43,569 bases of DNA from Desulfovibrio sp. Lineage in GTDB: Bacteria > Desulfobacterota > Desulfovibrionia > Desulfovibrionales > Desulfovibrionaceae. The position numbers and the translations under genes were made by a program. Position 1 is the first letter of the stretch; every line of letters starts with the position of its first letter. The stretch spans positions 1 to 43,569 of the forward strand of contig JAGAEE010000212.1 of the NCBI GenBank assembly GCA_017613295.1, in the 5' to 3' direction. Of this stretch, positions 10,363-20,043 are shown one piece after another. Under the pieces are notes generated by a model that was not told where the DNA came from, did not search any database, and saw only the letters and a list, made by a program, of their open reading frames with translations.

Positions 10363-10397
10363 AAAGACCCCGGCGAGAAACTGGGGTCTTTTTATTT
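10363..10397 (+). terminator. Intrinsic terminator, possibly bidirectional (pgk/purM)
   Basis: AAAGACCCCGG-CGAGAAA-CTGGGGTCTTT followed by TTATTT, between convergent genes. Confidence 0.75.
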
Positions 10398-10514
10398 ACA
10401 CTGCTGTCGTAATTTGAAAAGCAGAATGTCTGTTTTACATTTTGATAAGCAATGGGGCAGGTTGGAGATGCGCCCTCGCATTGGGCACCGCCCTTCAGTA
10501 AAAAAAGAAGAATT

Positions 10515-11567
10515 TTAAAAGGAAATGACCACCTGTTCATTGTCGGGAGAGCGTTGGGCAATGTCACCAATGTGCCATGCCTGAAGATTAAAGGCCTGGA
10601 TGCGACTGATGGCTTCTTCCGTTTGATCGGGAGGCAGTATGAGAACATAGCCAATGCCGGCGTTGAAAATTTGCAGCATTTCCGGCCAAGAGAGGTTGCC
10701 GTTTTCTTTAAGCCAAGCGAATACAGGGGGTATTGCCCAGCTGCCAAAATTGATGCGCGCTTCCACTTGATTTGGCAGCACACGGGGGATGTTGTCATAA
10801 AATCCGCCGCCTGTGATGTGAGCCATGCCCTTGATATTGATGTCACGCAGTAACTGGCGAACGGCTTCAACATAGATAATGGTTGGCCTTAACATGACCT
10901 CGCTTGTACTGACTCCTGATTCTCCAGGGAAGGGATCGTCGTTTTTGAGGCCGCTTTCTGCCAGAATCTTGCGCGCTAGTGAATAACCGTTGGAATGCAA
11001 GCCGGATGATGCAATGCCCACGATCGTATCCCCCATGCGGATGGTGGATCCGTCGATAATTTTTGCATTGTCCACAATACCTACGCAAAAGCCGGCTAGG
11101 TCATATTCACCGGGGGCATACATGTCTGGCATTTCGGCCGTCTCACCTCCCAGCAGGGCACACCCGGCCTGGCGGCATCCTTCAGCCACACCGCTGATGA
11201 CAGTGTGGGCCAAGTTCACGTCCAGTTTTCCAGTGGCGAAATAGTCGAGAAAAAACAGCGGAGTGGCGCCCTGTACCAAAATGTCGTTGACGCTCATGGC
11301 CACAAGATCCACGCCCACGGTGTCGTGCTTCTGGCAGGCAAAGGCCAGCTTAAGCTTTGTCCCTACGCCATCGGTGGAGGATACCAGCACCGGTTCCTCC
11401 ATACCATTGAGGTCAGGTCTGAAAAGACCGCCAAAACCGCCAATGTCCGAAAGAACTCCCCGGGTATGCGTGCTCTGAACCAGGGTCTTGATACGGGAAA
11501 CCAGTGCGTTGCCGGCTGCGATGTCGACGCCTGCCTGGGTGTAGGCCTGTGAGCGTTCGTTGGACAT
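10515..11567 (-). CDS. purM: Phosphoribosylformylglycinamidine cyclo-ligase (AIR synthetase)
   Basis: YTQAGVDI, TDGVGTKL, GGETAEMP, SSGLHSNGYSL, HITGGG; SD GGAGG before ATG 11567. Confidence 0.98.
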   Translation of the reverse strand: MSNERSQAYTQAGVDIAAGNALVSRIKTLVQSTHTRGVLSDIGGFGGLFRPDLNGMEEPVLVSSTDGVGTKLKLAFACQKHDTVGVDLVAMSVNDILVQGATPLFFLDYFATGKLDVNLAHTVISGVAEGCRQAGCALLGGETAEMPDMYAPGEYDLAGFCVGIVDNAKIIDGSTIRMGDTIVGIASSGLHSNGYSLARKILAESGLKNDDPFPGESGVSTSEVMLRPTIIYVEAVRQLLRDINIKGMAHITGGGFYDNIPRVLPNQVEARINFGSWAIPPVFAWLKENGNLSWPEMLQIFNAGIGYVLILPPDQTEEAISRIQAFNLQAWHIGDIAQRSPDNEQVVISF

Positions 11568-11720
11568 TCTCTCCTCCTTTGACTTTTTCTCAATAGCACA
11601 GGTTGCGTCAAATCCCAAGAAGCTTTTTGTTACAGTTCCAGACAAATCCTTTGGAAGAATTTCTGTGGACCATACTGCCCTGCGCTGCTACCATGCCCCT
11701 GTGCAGAGAAGGAGTGTTTT

Positions 11721-12599
11721 ATGTATGTGCATGTTATGGCGTCCGTTTGTGTAGCCATTGTGTTAGCTTTGTCCTGCGTGAGCCGTGCCGCCAATGATGG
11801 ACAGGCTTACCGGTCCCCCGTTTCCGGTGTCATTCTGGCTTCGCCACAGCCGGAACAAACAACACGTCGACTGACTTTGCCTCCTGCCTTGGAGGCTCAA
11901 GAGGCGGCTTCTCCAGCACCTGGCAATGGGGCAGATCGACCTTTGCCGTCTTCAGTGGAGAAAGACGAAAATCCTCTTCCCTCACAGTCACCTAGGGAAA
12001 TGCCGGACGCGTTTGCCATGCCATCCCGTTATAACGCTCACGGAGAGGCTGTGCCCTATTCAAGGATCATGGGAGTATGGCCTGAGCGTGGAGATTCGGG
12101 TTCCTCTCCCATGCCTCAAATGTCAAAAAAAGATGGCGAGACGAGGTTGACAAACACGACACCTCACCCTTTTTCGGCATGGAATGGTGAAAAATCGTCT
12201 TACGTGCATGGCTCAGCTTCAACAGGTACGTATGCTCCTTGGTCTCAAGAGGAAGACCATGTGTACGGAACATCGTTGCTCAATGGCAGCCATTTCAGAA
12301 GTAGAGGACATGTGGAACACGGGCAGGATCCCGCAACGGGAGACATCTTCACACATGTGGTTCCACCTCCGCCACCGGGAAATAATGAACACGGCACGAT
12401 AGTTATCGCGCCGGAGATATATCCCCATATGCCAGGGCCGCAGAAGTACCAACCGCCTATGCCCGGCTATTATGGCCCAGGTTTTGAATCAACACACGGA
12501 TCTGATGGGTGGCACCGGCATCACCGACATCGTGTTGAGGCACAGGGATCGTCCTGGGGATCGAACCGTTTTTTTGATGAACAGCGTGGGGGGTGGTGA
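11721..12599 (+). CDS. Hypothetical exported Pro/Ser-rich protein
   Basis: SD AAGGAG; signal-peptide-like N-terminus; low complexity; 3' end overlaps the amrS start. Confidence 0.65.
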   Translation: MYVHVMASVCVAIVLALSCVSRAANDGQAYRSPVSGVILASPQPEQTTRRLTLPPALEAQEAASPAPGNGADRPLPSSVEKDENPLPSQSPREMPDAFAMPSRYNAHGEAVPYSRIMGVWPERGDSGSSPMPQMSKKDGETRLTNTTPHPFSAWNGEKSSYVHGSASTGTYAPWSQEEDHVYGTSLLNGSHFRSRGHVEHGQDPATGDIFTHVVPPPPPGNNEHGTIVIAPEIYPHMPGPQKYQPPMPGYYGPGFESTHGSDGWHRHHRHRVEAQGSSWGSNRFFDEQRGGW

Positions 12600-13609
12600 A
12601 CATGCAGGCAATGCTTTGGTCTCCCAATGCCGACGGTTCAGTAACTTGTCGCCTGTGTTCGCATCGTTGCCGTATACGCAAGGGTGGCAAAGGGCGTTGT
12701 GGCGTACGAGCCAATGTGCGTGGTGCTTTGATGTCTCTGGCCAATGAGGTGGTAACGGCCGTCGGTATGGATCCGGTGGAAAAGAAGCCTTTGTACCATT
12801 TCATGCCAGGAACAAAAATTTTTTCCATTGGCAGTGCGGGATGTAACTTTTCCTGCCGTTTTTGTCAGAACAGCAATATTTCACAGGTACCTGCGAGTGG
12901 TATGGTCCCCGGGCGTCGCACAACCCCGGAAGAGCTGATCTCCTTGGCTGTGACCAATAAGGCACATTCCTTGGCTTTTACCTACAACGAGCCGACGGTT
13001 TTTTTTGAACTGGTCTACGAGACGGCCCGTCTGGCCAGAGAGAGAGAAATGCCCAGCGTGCTTGTGACCAATGGCTTCATGTCGTCAGATTGCCTGAGAG
13101 CCCTGAGCAGCAGTATCACTGCGGCCAACGTGGATCTGAAGGGTTTTACCGAAGATTTCTACGCCACTTATTGCGGGGCGCGTTTGCAACCGGTACTCGA
13201 TAATCTCAAGACCATCAAAAAGATGGGCTGGTGGCTTGAGGTAACCACACTGGTCATTCCCGGAGTCAATGACAGGGAGGATGAATTGAAAGCCTTGGCC
13301 GCCTTTATACATGACGAGCTGGGGGCTGACACTCCGTGGCATATTTCTGCCTTTCACGGTGCTTATCGCATGGCAGACTATCCGTCGACCCCGTTGCCCA
13401 CACTGGAACACGCATGGCGGACGGGAAGGGAGGCAGGTCTGCATTTTGTCTACATTGGCAATGTGCAAAGCATCGTGGGATCTACAACATTTTGTCCTCA
13501 GTGTGGGGCAACGGTACTCAAGCGTGAAGGGTTTGCGGTTCGCGTTACCGGTGCCCTTGGCGAGTGCCCTTCCTGCGGCGTGACGCTGCCCGGTATCTGG
13601 AAGCGATGA
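12593..13609 (+). CDS. amrS: AmmeMemoRadiSam system radical SAM enzyme
   Basis: N-terminal CRLCSHRC..GRC, DPVEKKPLYHF, CxxxCxxC (GCNFSCRFCQN), FTYNEP, C-terminal CPQC/CPSC. Confidence 0.92.
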   Translation: MVNMQAMLWSPNADGSVTCRLCSHRCRIRKGGKGRCGVRANVRGALMSLANEVVTAVGMDPVEKKPLYHFMPGTKIFSIGSAGCNFSCRFCQNSNISQVPASGMVPGRRTTPEELISLAVTNKAHSLAFTYNEPTVFFELVYETARLAREREMPSVLVTNGFMSSDCLRALSSSITAANVDLKGFTEDFYATYCGARLQPVLDNLKTIKKMGWWLEVTTLVIPGVNDREDELKALAAFIHDELGADTPWHISAFHGAYRMADYPSTPLPTLEHAWRTGREAGLHFVYIGNVQSIVGSTTFCPQCGATVLKREGFAVRVTGALGECPSCGVTLPGIWKR

Positions 13610-14109
13610 TTGTGGTCTATACTGGTGACGGCAAGGGCAAAACCTGTGCCTGTGTGGGGCAGTCATTGCGGGCCTTGGGACAGGGCATGGCTGTAGCTTT
13701 TGGCCAGTTTATGAAGCGTGACGGGCAAGCCGGAGAACAGCGCTTGCTGAAACGTTTGCTGGGAAGGCATTTTTTTGCCGGAGGTCTGGGTTTTTTGCGA
13801 CACGATGAGGACCGTAAAGCACATCGTGAAGCCGCACTCAGCGTCTTGGATTGGGCACGTGATCGCCTGATTGAGGTGGATATGTTGGTGCTGGACGAGA
13901 CCCTGTACGCCTTGAAAGCGGGTATAGTGCTACGGAAGGAAGTGGAGGAGCTGATAGCAGATGCGCGGCAGAAGGGCTGCCATCTGGTTCTCTCCGGTCG
14001 CAATGCCCCGGACTGGCTAGTGGAGGAGGCTGACCTTGTGACGTCCATGACAGAGATCAAACATCCCTGGCGGCATGGAGTCAGGGCCGCACAGGGCATG
14101 GAATTTTGA
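13606..14109 (+). CDS. cobO: Cob(I)yrinic acid a,c-diamide adenosyltransferase (CobA/CobO/BtuR family)
   Basis: VYTGDGKGKT, QFMK, LVLDE, LVLSGR, ADLVTSM..IKHP; ATGA overlap with the amrS stop. Confidence 0.93.
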   Translation: MIVVYTGDGKGKTCACVGQSLRALGQGMAVAFGQFMKRDGQAGEQRLLKRLLGRHFFAGGLGFLRHDEDRKAHREAALSVLDWARDRLIEVDMLVLDETLYALKAGIVLRKEVEELIADARQKGCHLVLSGRNAPDWLVEEADLVTSMTEIKHPWRHGVRAAQGMEF

Positions 14110-15172
14110 CATCTTCGCCTGAGGTGTCTGCGGGATCCTTCATTGTCTGGACCTTGGGCATGGCACGTGGACGCAGTTTGCGAGTTTCCAGACGGTTGCG
14201 GATAAAGTCGCCCGGTTTGATCCCTTCGGGAACGGCGGCGAGAGGAAATTCCGCTCTGGCCAGATTTCGATGCCCACCGGCTTCGCCCACATCGTGAAAG
14301 CAGGCATCAGCCAGTCGACCGATGTCACGGCTGCCGTCGCAGCGAAAGATGACCACGACAGTTTTGTCTACCACGCCGCTGACGGCAATCCACTTGAGTC
14401 CGTGGACCTTGGTGAAAAAATCCGCGATAGCCACCAGCAAGTCGGCGCTGTCCACTTCCTTGAGAGAAACGTGAGCCCCCCCACCGCGACAGTCAGCCAG
14501 TGAACGGAAGGCACGGGCGAAGAGTGGCAGCCAGCCACGCAGGTATTCACTGCGGGTGATGCGGCGCATGAGGCTGGTGTCGGCGTGGCGTGAAAGCCAT
14601 TGGTAGGCGCGGAAGTCGTCTTCACCGCCGGAGCGTTCGAAGGTTCCGGTATCCGTACGGATGCCATAGAGCAGGGCTGTGGCCAGACGTGGGCCGGGCC
14701 ACAGGCGCATGGCCTGAAGGTAGCGCGTCATCATGGTGCTGGCGGCACCGATATTCGGGCGTACGTCATAGAAAACCGCTGGTGAGGGACTGGGGGGTGC
14801 CACCCCCTCCAGGGTCGGCGGCAGCGGGTGGTGATCGATGATGCAGTCGAAGTTTAAGCCCTGAAAGGCTTTGTTGTGATGGGGCTGGGAGTCTACTAGG
14901 GCCAGATGTGTATAGATTTGGGCCTTGTCAGGTTGCCATTGCTTTACCGGAATGTTCAAATAGCGAATCATGGCCAGATTATCCGGGCGGGTCACCTCGT
15001 TCACACGGGCGATGTCAACGCTGCGAACCTTTTGCTGCATGATGCGCTTGAGCGCTAACGCTGAGGCCATAGCGTCAGGATCGGCGTTGATGAGAACACA
15101 CCAGCGATCGTCCTTGTTGAGGCCAGATCGCCACAGTTTTAAGCGCGTAATGTATTCCGGCATGACTGCCAT
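14081..15172 (-). CDS. DHH/DHHA1-family phosphoesterase
   Basis: ADPDAMAS, LVDS, IIDHHP, GIRTDT, AGGH; SD GAGGTG before ATG 15172. Confidence 0.92.
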   Translation of the reverse strand: MAVMPEYITRLKLWRSGLNKDDRWCVLINADPDAMASALALKRIMQQKVRSVDIARVNEVTRPDNLAMIRYLNIPVKQWQPDKAQIYTHLALVDSQPHHNKAFQGLNFDCIIDHHPLPPTLEGVAPPSPSPAVFYDVRPNIGAASTMMTRYLQAMRLWPGPRLATALLYGIRTDTGTFERSGGEDDFRAYQWLSRHADTSLMRRITRSEYLRGWLPLFARAFRSLADCRGGGAHVSLKEVDSADLLVAIADFFTKVHGLKWIAVSGVVDKTVVVIFRCDGSRDIGRLADACFHDVGEAGGHRNLARAEFPLAAVPEGIKPGDFIRNRLETRKLRPRAMPKVQTMKDPADTSGEDVKIPCPVRP

Positions 15173-15176
15173 TGCA

Positions 15177-16007
15177 TCACCTCGTTTCATTGTGCCTGAA
15201 ATGGTCGTGAACTCCCGCGCCTTTCACTTTTGTCACTTCGTCGGGGAAGTGGAGGATCTGCGCCAATACAGGCAGGGACGCCACATATCCGCTCCAATGG
15301 AACACTTCAATCATGTGCGTGGCCGATGGCGAAAGTCGCGTCGCCAGATCACTCACAATACGACGTTGCGGCGGTGTCAGAGCCGTGAGGGGCAGATGTC
15401 GGTCATGGTCGCCGGGGGCACTCCAATGCAGCAGCACGGCCTGTTCCGGAAGATCGGATGCCAGCAGACGCTGTTGATCATACCCTAGGAGATGGCCTAC
15501 GTCCAGACACATACCTGCCCCATGTTCTTTCAAGAAGGACGTGCCAAGGCTGGTCAGGTCGCAATATTCCGTGTTTTCCAGCACGAGAGGAATGTCTGTT
15601 TCCTGGTGCCAACATTGGAAAAAAGCGGACAGCAAACGGCGTTGTACGGCTGGTTGACCTTCTGGAGGGTGGAGTACGGCCAGGCGTGGTTTCAGAAAGG
15701 TCACTCTGTCCATAATGTCCAGGGCTGAACGGGCGGATATGTTTGTCTGTGCGTTCCAGGGCAAGTCCAAGGGCAAATGAACATGCCAGCGCAGAGGCAG
15801 ATTTGCGAGAGAAGGCGGTATATCGTCGGGGCCATAGGCACAACAGGCTTGTGTTTCAAAAAGACAGAGCCCTACTTCATCTGTTTTCCCCGCAAGAAAA
15901 AGGACATTTTCTGCCAAATTCGCCGGAATAACCCATGATGGGGCGGCCATACGGCCGACAAGACTGCCAGATTGAGAGGCAAATCCATTGTCAAGGTTCG
16001 TAGGCAT
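15177..16007 (-). CDS. cbiR: AP-endonuclease-2/TIM-barrel phosphodiesterase, CbiR (cobamide remodelling)-like
   Basis: AAPSWVIP..AEN, HVHLP, VLHP, LENT, CLDVGHLL, LHW, DRHLPL, IEVF metal-binding pattern. The CbiR assignment is from recalled family motifs, not a search. Confidence 0.72.
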   Translation of the reverse strand: MPTNLDNGFASQSGSLVGRMAAPSWVIPANLAENVLFLAGKTDEVGLCLFETQACCAYGPDDIPPSLANLPLRWHVHLPLDLPWNAQTNISARSALDIMDRVTFLKPRLAVLHPPEGQPAVQRRLLSAFFQCWHQETDIPLVLENTEYCDLTSLGTSFLKEHGAGMCLDVGHLLGYDQQRLLASDLPEQAVLLHWSAPGDHDRHLPLTALTPPQRRIVSDLATRLSPSATHMIEVFHWSGYVASLPVLAQILHFPDEVTKVKGAGVHDHFRHNETR

Positions 16008-16860
16008 ATGGAGAATCCGGTAAGGGCAGGGCTCGAAAGCGCAAAAGCCACTGTCCTGTCAGTCTGATAACGGCGGGGTCGTCCGGAGAGAGAGGGGATG
16101 TGTCATCGGTGCATAGTGCGGTATGGATGTCGCGTGCCAACTTGGTATGAGGGTCATTGCCTGCCGGGGAGGATCCGTCATCAGAATTGTGGTGGCAAAG
16201 GCGTGCGTCCAGAAATTCTTCAAGAAAAACATGCTGTTGATTTATGTCGGGAGTGAGATGCAGTTCCCTGCCCAGCCTTGTCAGCTGCCTGACCGGATCC
16301 CGCAGCAGGGCCTCATAGCCGACACACAAACGCGGGAGGCCAGTGCTGCCAGTGAGAGCGCCCAGAGTGTGGGCAATCCACAGGGCGCAGGCTTTTGCCG
16401 CTGGCATGTTGTCACGACGGTGCAGGGAGTGAGCCACACTGTCCGGATTGCGCAGGCAGATGAGGCACTGAGTCTGCCGATCGATTTTGGCCAGCAGGGG
16501 GCGCCAAAAAGGCAGAAGTATGCTTAAACGGGGATCCTTAAGACCAAAAACGGGGATGCCTGCTGTTTTCTGCTGAAGAAGGTCGATGGCCGCAGAACCC
16601 CATCCCCCTTTGATCAGGGCGCGTTGACGTTGAGCCGATGGTGGTGGGAAATCGTACCATTTTTGATCCAGGTATCCCAAGAGTGCCTTGTTGAAGGCAT
16701 AAACCTCGGCGTCCTCAAAAAAACCCTTGGGATTGCACGGATGGCTTGGCAGCAGATGATTTCCTAGAGAGACACCGAACACCTGAAGAGCGCGGGCAAA
16801 AGCGCTGGTGCCACTGCGGTGCATGCCAAGCACCAGTATGAGCCGAGGCTTTGTGCCCAT
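15991..16860 (-). CDS. Sulfotransferase-family protein
   Basis: PAPS-binding loop LGMHRSGTS, NPKGFFED, LKDPR, RNP..VA.SL.RRD. Confidence 0.88.
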   Translation of the reverse strand: MGTKPRLILVLGMHRSGTSAFARALQVFGVSLGNHLLPSHPCNPKGFFEDAEVYAFNKALLGYLDQKWYDFPPPSAQRQRALIKGGWGSAAIDLLQQKTAGIPVFGLKDPRLSILLPFWRPLLAKIDRQTQCLICLRNPDSVAHSLHRRDNMPAAKACALWIAHTLGALTGSTGLPRLCVGYEALLRDPVRQLTRLGRELHLTPDINQQHVFLEEFLDARLCHHNSDDGSSPAGNDPHTKLARDIHTALCTDDTSPLSPDDPAVIRLTGQWLLRFRALPLPDSPYAYEP

Positions 16861-19772
16861 TACAACAAATGATGGCAGGCCCAGCCGTTGGCAGCGGCTG
16901 CCGCTTCGGCCTTACTGCCTCCCAGAACACACACGGCAGCTGTATCTTTTGCCGCAGCAAGCACATCCGCGAATTGTCGAAAATGCGTCGCTGTGGTTCC
17001 CAGCATTTCCTCACGCATGCGGGCGCGCAGGTCATCAGTATCGTGTGTGAGCCAGCGAGTGAGAGAGCGGGCACCTTTGGCGTCCGGCAGCAAATACGCG
17101 TCGAGGTCGCCAACGGCACCCACAATGGCTTGCGTGAGTTGGGCTTTGTCTGGCGTAAAGGTGCGCAAATAATCGGCCATGCCGTCAAAAGCGTCGAGGG
17201 TATCGTGAACATTGGGGTCGCGATAAGAGGCACAAGTAAGAGTACCGACCAGCCTGTCCATGCCGCAAAACGCGCCATAGGCACCACCGCGCACACGCAC
17301 ATGTTCCCAGAGATAGCCCATGCGCAGAGCGCGCAGGATGACGGTCGCCGAACCGTGATAGGCGTAGCCCAGGTCGTATAGATTGCTGGCTTTGCCCACA
17401 TAGTTGATTTGGGCCGGTGCGAGAAAGACTTCTCCTGTCGGAAGTGACATGGCGGTCGTACCCAGCCCTGTGGCTTTACCGGGTCGACTGGTTGGCAGGG
17501 CGGTAAGCACCTGACGCGCCTGCTCTATGGCCAAAGCGAGCCCCTTGTTTTCAGCCACGCAATCAAAAACCGCGCCGGGCCGGGCCACAATATGCGCGCG
17601 CAGTCTGTTCAGGTCAACCAAAAGGGACGTGGCGTCATTTTCAAGTCTTGCCAGTAAAGCACGTACGCTCTCCAGGTAGGTTAGACCTGCCGTGCGTTCA
17701 GCCAGGGCGTCAGCGCCGTTGAAATGGGCACGAAGGCGAGCGCTGACGGTGGCGTGCCCGGCCGCCTGGAGTCCGTGTTCCAGCCGGGCCTTGTCTTCTA
17801 GAAGCATCTGGTGCAGCCGTTCGGTCAAAAAAGGACCGTCCTGTAGAGGTTCCAGCAATATCTCGTTTACGAGAGCCATGAGGTCTGGCAGTTTGTCATA
17901 CACTGCCTTGCCGGTGATGCTCAGCCATGTCAGGGGCGCACGACTGCCGTATATGGCTCCCATCAGGGGATCGGCAGAAAGTCCGCCTGTTCTGGCGGCC
18001 AGCAGTGCCCCCAGTGCCGTGAAATCGCGTCTCGCTGTGCCGGTTTCCGTGAGGGAGCGGGCAAAGAGCGGTATCAGTGGCACCAGTTCTTCGGGGACAT
18101 TGTTCAGAGGCAGCAGGAATGTGGCATAGGCAATGCCGCGTGTGGGCAGCTCATGTGTAAGAACCGTATTATCCCCTTGTATTACCTGACGGGGAATAGT
18201 GGCATTTTCGCGTGGCAGGTCGTCCAGGCCTAAGGCTGGGATGGTAGCCAGGGCTTCGGGAGTGTCCGATTTTGTCTGGATTGCGGCAAGGCGCGCTGTG
18301 TCGCTGGCCATGGCCTTGCGTGCGTCGGCATCGCAAGCGCGCTGTACGGCATCCACACGGGTCTGCTCTGCCGCATCTCGGGTGGCGGCCAGGGTGGCAT
18401 CAGGCAAAAGGATTACTGTGGCCCTGTGGTTGTTGTTCAAAAACCATCGGCGAAGAGCGTCTTCGAATACAGGCTCGCCGGCGGCCACGCGTGCTTTGAG
18501 TTCGTCGAGGGGAGCCTCCCATGCCAGTGGGGCCATGGGATCATTGTCATACAGCCAGGTGGAGAGAGATTGAATCATGGCAGACAGGCCACGCGGAAAT
18601 CTGCCAGAATTGTTCTCGCGGTAGGCAAACTCCACGGAGTTCAACGCGGCCTCCACGGCTTCGCCGGGAATTCCCTTCTCAGCCAGGCTGGCCAGGGTGT
18701 CGAAGATGAGAAGCTCGGCTTTTTGTACGTCACAGGGGGCAACGCCTTTGAGCCCTGTGGAATAGTACATCTGGCGTAAATCCGTTTCCAGGCCGCACCC
18801 CGTGGTATCTTCGCCAAGGCCTGAGGCGATGAGCGCCTTTCGTAGGGGAGAGCCGGGCAGACCTTCGAGGATGTGCTCCAGCATTTCCATGAGCAGGGCC
18901 TGGTGTACATCACCCCGTTCCCCTAGTAGCCAGTTGACCGTGAAGAGAGCCCCCTGTTCGTCTCTGGCGGCGGCGTATGGCACTTCTATGTGGCGCGGTA
19001 TGTTCAGACGGGGCTGGAGGGGAACGGAGGAATTCACGGGACGTGCGTCATAGCCCTTGAGGGCTTCGGCCGTCAGGCGCAGGCGCTCGTCCTCCGGGTC
19101 GTCGCCCCAGAAAAAGAATCGTGCGTTGCTTGGATGATAGTAACGGCTGTGAAAGGCACAAAAATCTGCATATGTGAGGTCGGGAATGATTTCCGGATTG
19201 CCGCCGGAATCCAGACTGTACAGGGTGTCAGGGAAAAGCGCCTGCTGGCTTTGTTCAGCGAGTACGGAGTCTGGAGAGGAATAGGCCCCCTTCATTTCAT
19301 TATAGACAACCCCTTTGTAGGACCATTGTCCATCTGGAGTTTCCGCCTCCACATGCCAGCCTTCCTGTTTGAAGATGTCTTCGGAAATTCTGGGATGAAA
19401 AACGGCGTCAATATAAACGTCGATGAGATTGTAAAAGTCACGCAGGTTGCAGCTGGCTACCGGGTAGCAGGTTTTGTCCGGAAAGGTAAAGGCATTGAGG
19501 AAAGTTTGAAGAGATCCCTTGAGCAATTCCACAAAGGGTTCCTTGACGGGATATTTCTCTGAACCGCAGAGGACGGAATGCTCTAGAATATGCGCCACAC
19601 CCGTGGAATCAATGGGCGGCGTGCGAAAGCTCACGCCAAAGCATTTGTTTTCATCTGTATTGCATATGGAGAGCAATTGTGCCCCTGTGGCGTCGTGTTT
19701 CCACAGTCTGGCCGTACCGTCAACCTCGCGTAGGCGTCGATCGCAAACGAGGGTAAATCCTTGCTGTTTCAT
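16860..19772 (-). CDS. M16C insulinase/PreP-like zinc metallopeptidase
   Basis: HILEH inverted zinc motif (GVAHILEHSVLCGS), FLNAFTFPDKTCYP, GVVYNEMKG, VRVRGGAYG, SYRDP. Confidence 0.95.
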   Translation of the reverse strand: MKQQGFTLVCDRRLREVDGTARLWKHDATGAQLLSICNTDENKCFGVSFRTPPIDSTGVAHILEHSVLCGSEKYPVKEPFVELLKGSLQTFLNAFTFPDKTCYPVASCNLRDFYNLIDVYIDAVFHPRISEDIFKQEGWHVEAETPDGQWSYKGVVYNEMKGAYSSPDSVLAEQSQQALFPDTLYSLDSGGNPEIIPDLTYADFCAFHSRYYHPSNARFFFWGDDPEDERLRLTAEALKGYDARPVNSSVPLQPRLNIPRHIEVPYAAARDEQGALFTVNWLLGERGDVHQALLMEMLEHILEGLPGSPLRKALIASGLGEDTTGCGLETDLRQMYYSTGLKGVAPCDVQKAELLIFDTLASLAEKGIPGEAVEAALNSVEFAYRENNSGRFPRGLSAMIQSLSTWLYDNDPMAPLAWEAPLDELKARVAAGEPVFEDALRRWFLNNNHRATVILLPDATLAATRDAAEQTRVDAVQRACDADARKAMASDTARLAAIQTKSDTPEALATIPALGLDDLPRENATIPRQVIQGDNTVLTHELPTRGIAYATFLLPLNNVPEELVPLIPLFARSLTETGTARRDFTALGALLAARTGGLSADPLMGAIYGSRAPLTWLSITGKAVYDKLPDLMALVNEILLEPLQDGPFLTERLHQMLLEDKARLEHGLQAAGHATVSARLRAHFNGADALAERTAGLTYLESVRALLARLENDATSLLVDLNRLRAHIVARPGAVFDCVAENKGLALAIEQARQVLTALPTSRPGKATGLGTTAMSLPTGEVFLAPAQINYVGKASNLYDLGYAYHGSATVILRALRMGYLWEHVRVRGGAYGAFCGMDRLVGTLTCASYRDPNVHDTLDAFDGMADYLRTFTPDKAQLTQAIVGAVGDLDAYLLPDAKGARSLTRWLTHDTDDLRARMREEMLGTTATHFRQFADVLAAAKDTAAVCVLGGSKAEAAAAANGWACHHLL

Positions 19773-19861
19773 CAAAAAAATCCTTTGTGGTCGTCTTTTG
19801 CGGTCTCTACTCATAAGGCGCTTGCCCCGTGTCTGTCAACGGTAGCTGCGAAATCCATGGT

Positions 19862-19922
19862 TGTCAGAGTGTCGACACGGGTGCCCTACGAGATGGCTGC
19901 GACGTGTGTCAGGAAAACGACA
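19862..19922 (+). promoter_or_regulatory. Two candidate bEBP upstream activator sites (TGT-N10-ACA)
   Basis: TGTCAGAGTGTCGACA (19862-19877) and TGTCAGGAAAACGACA (19907-19922), upstream of a sigma54 motif. Confidence 0.55.
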
Positions 19923-19974
19923 AATGGTTACAGCGATGCGTCAAATGATAATATTTCTAGACTTTTTCTGGAAT

Positions 19975-19990
19975 TGGCACGTTTGCTGCA
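19975..19990 (+). promoter_or_regulatory. Sigma54 (-24/-12) promoter
   Basis: TGGCACGTTTGCTGCA with GG-N10-GC spacing; SD AAGGAGG at 20032-20038. Confidence 0.75.
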
Positions 19991-20043
19991 ATATAACGAG
20001 TGCGGGTTACAGAAGAGAAGAGTCAAACGCCAAGGAGGTCATA

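Noticed and set aside
9722-10873. 383-aa minus-strand ORF across pgk and purM
   Set aside because: Overlaps two solid genes and a terminator; no motifs.
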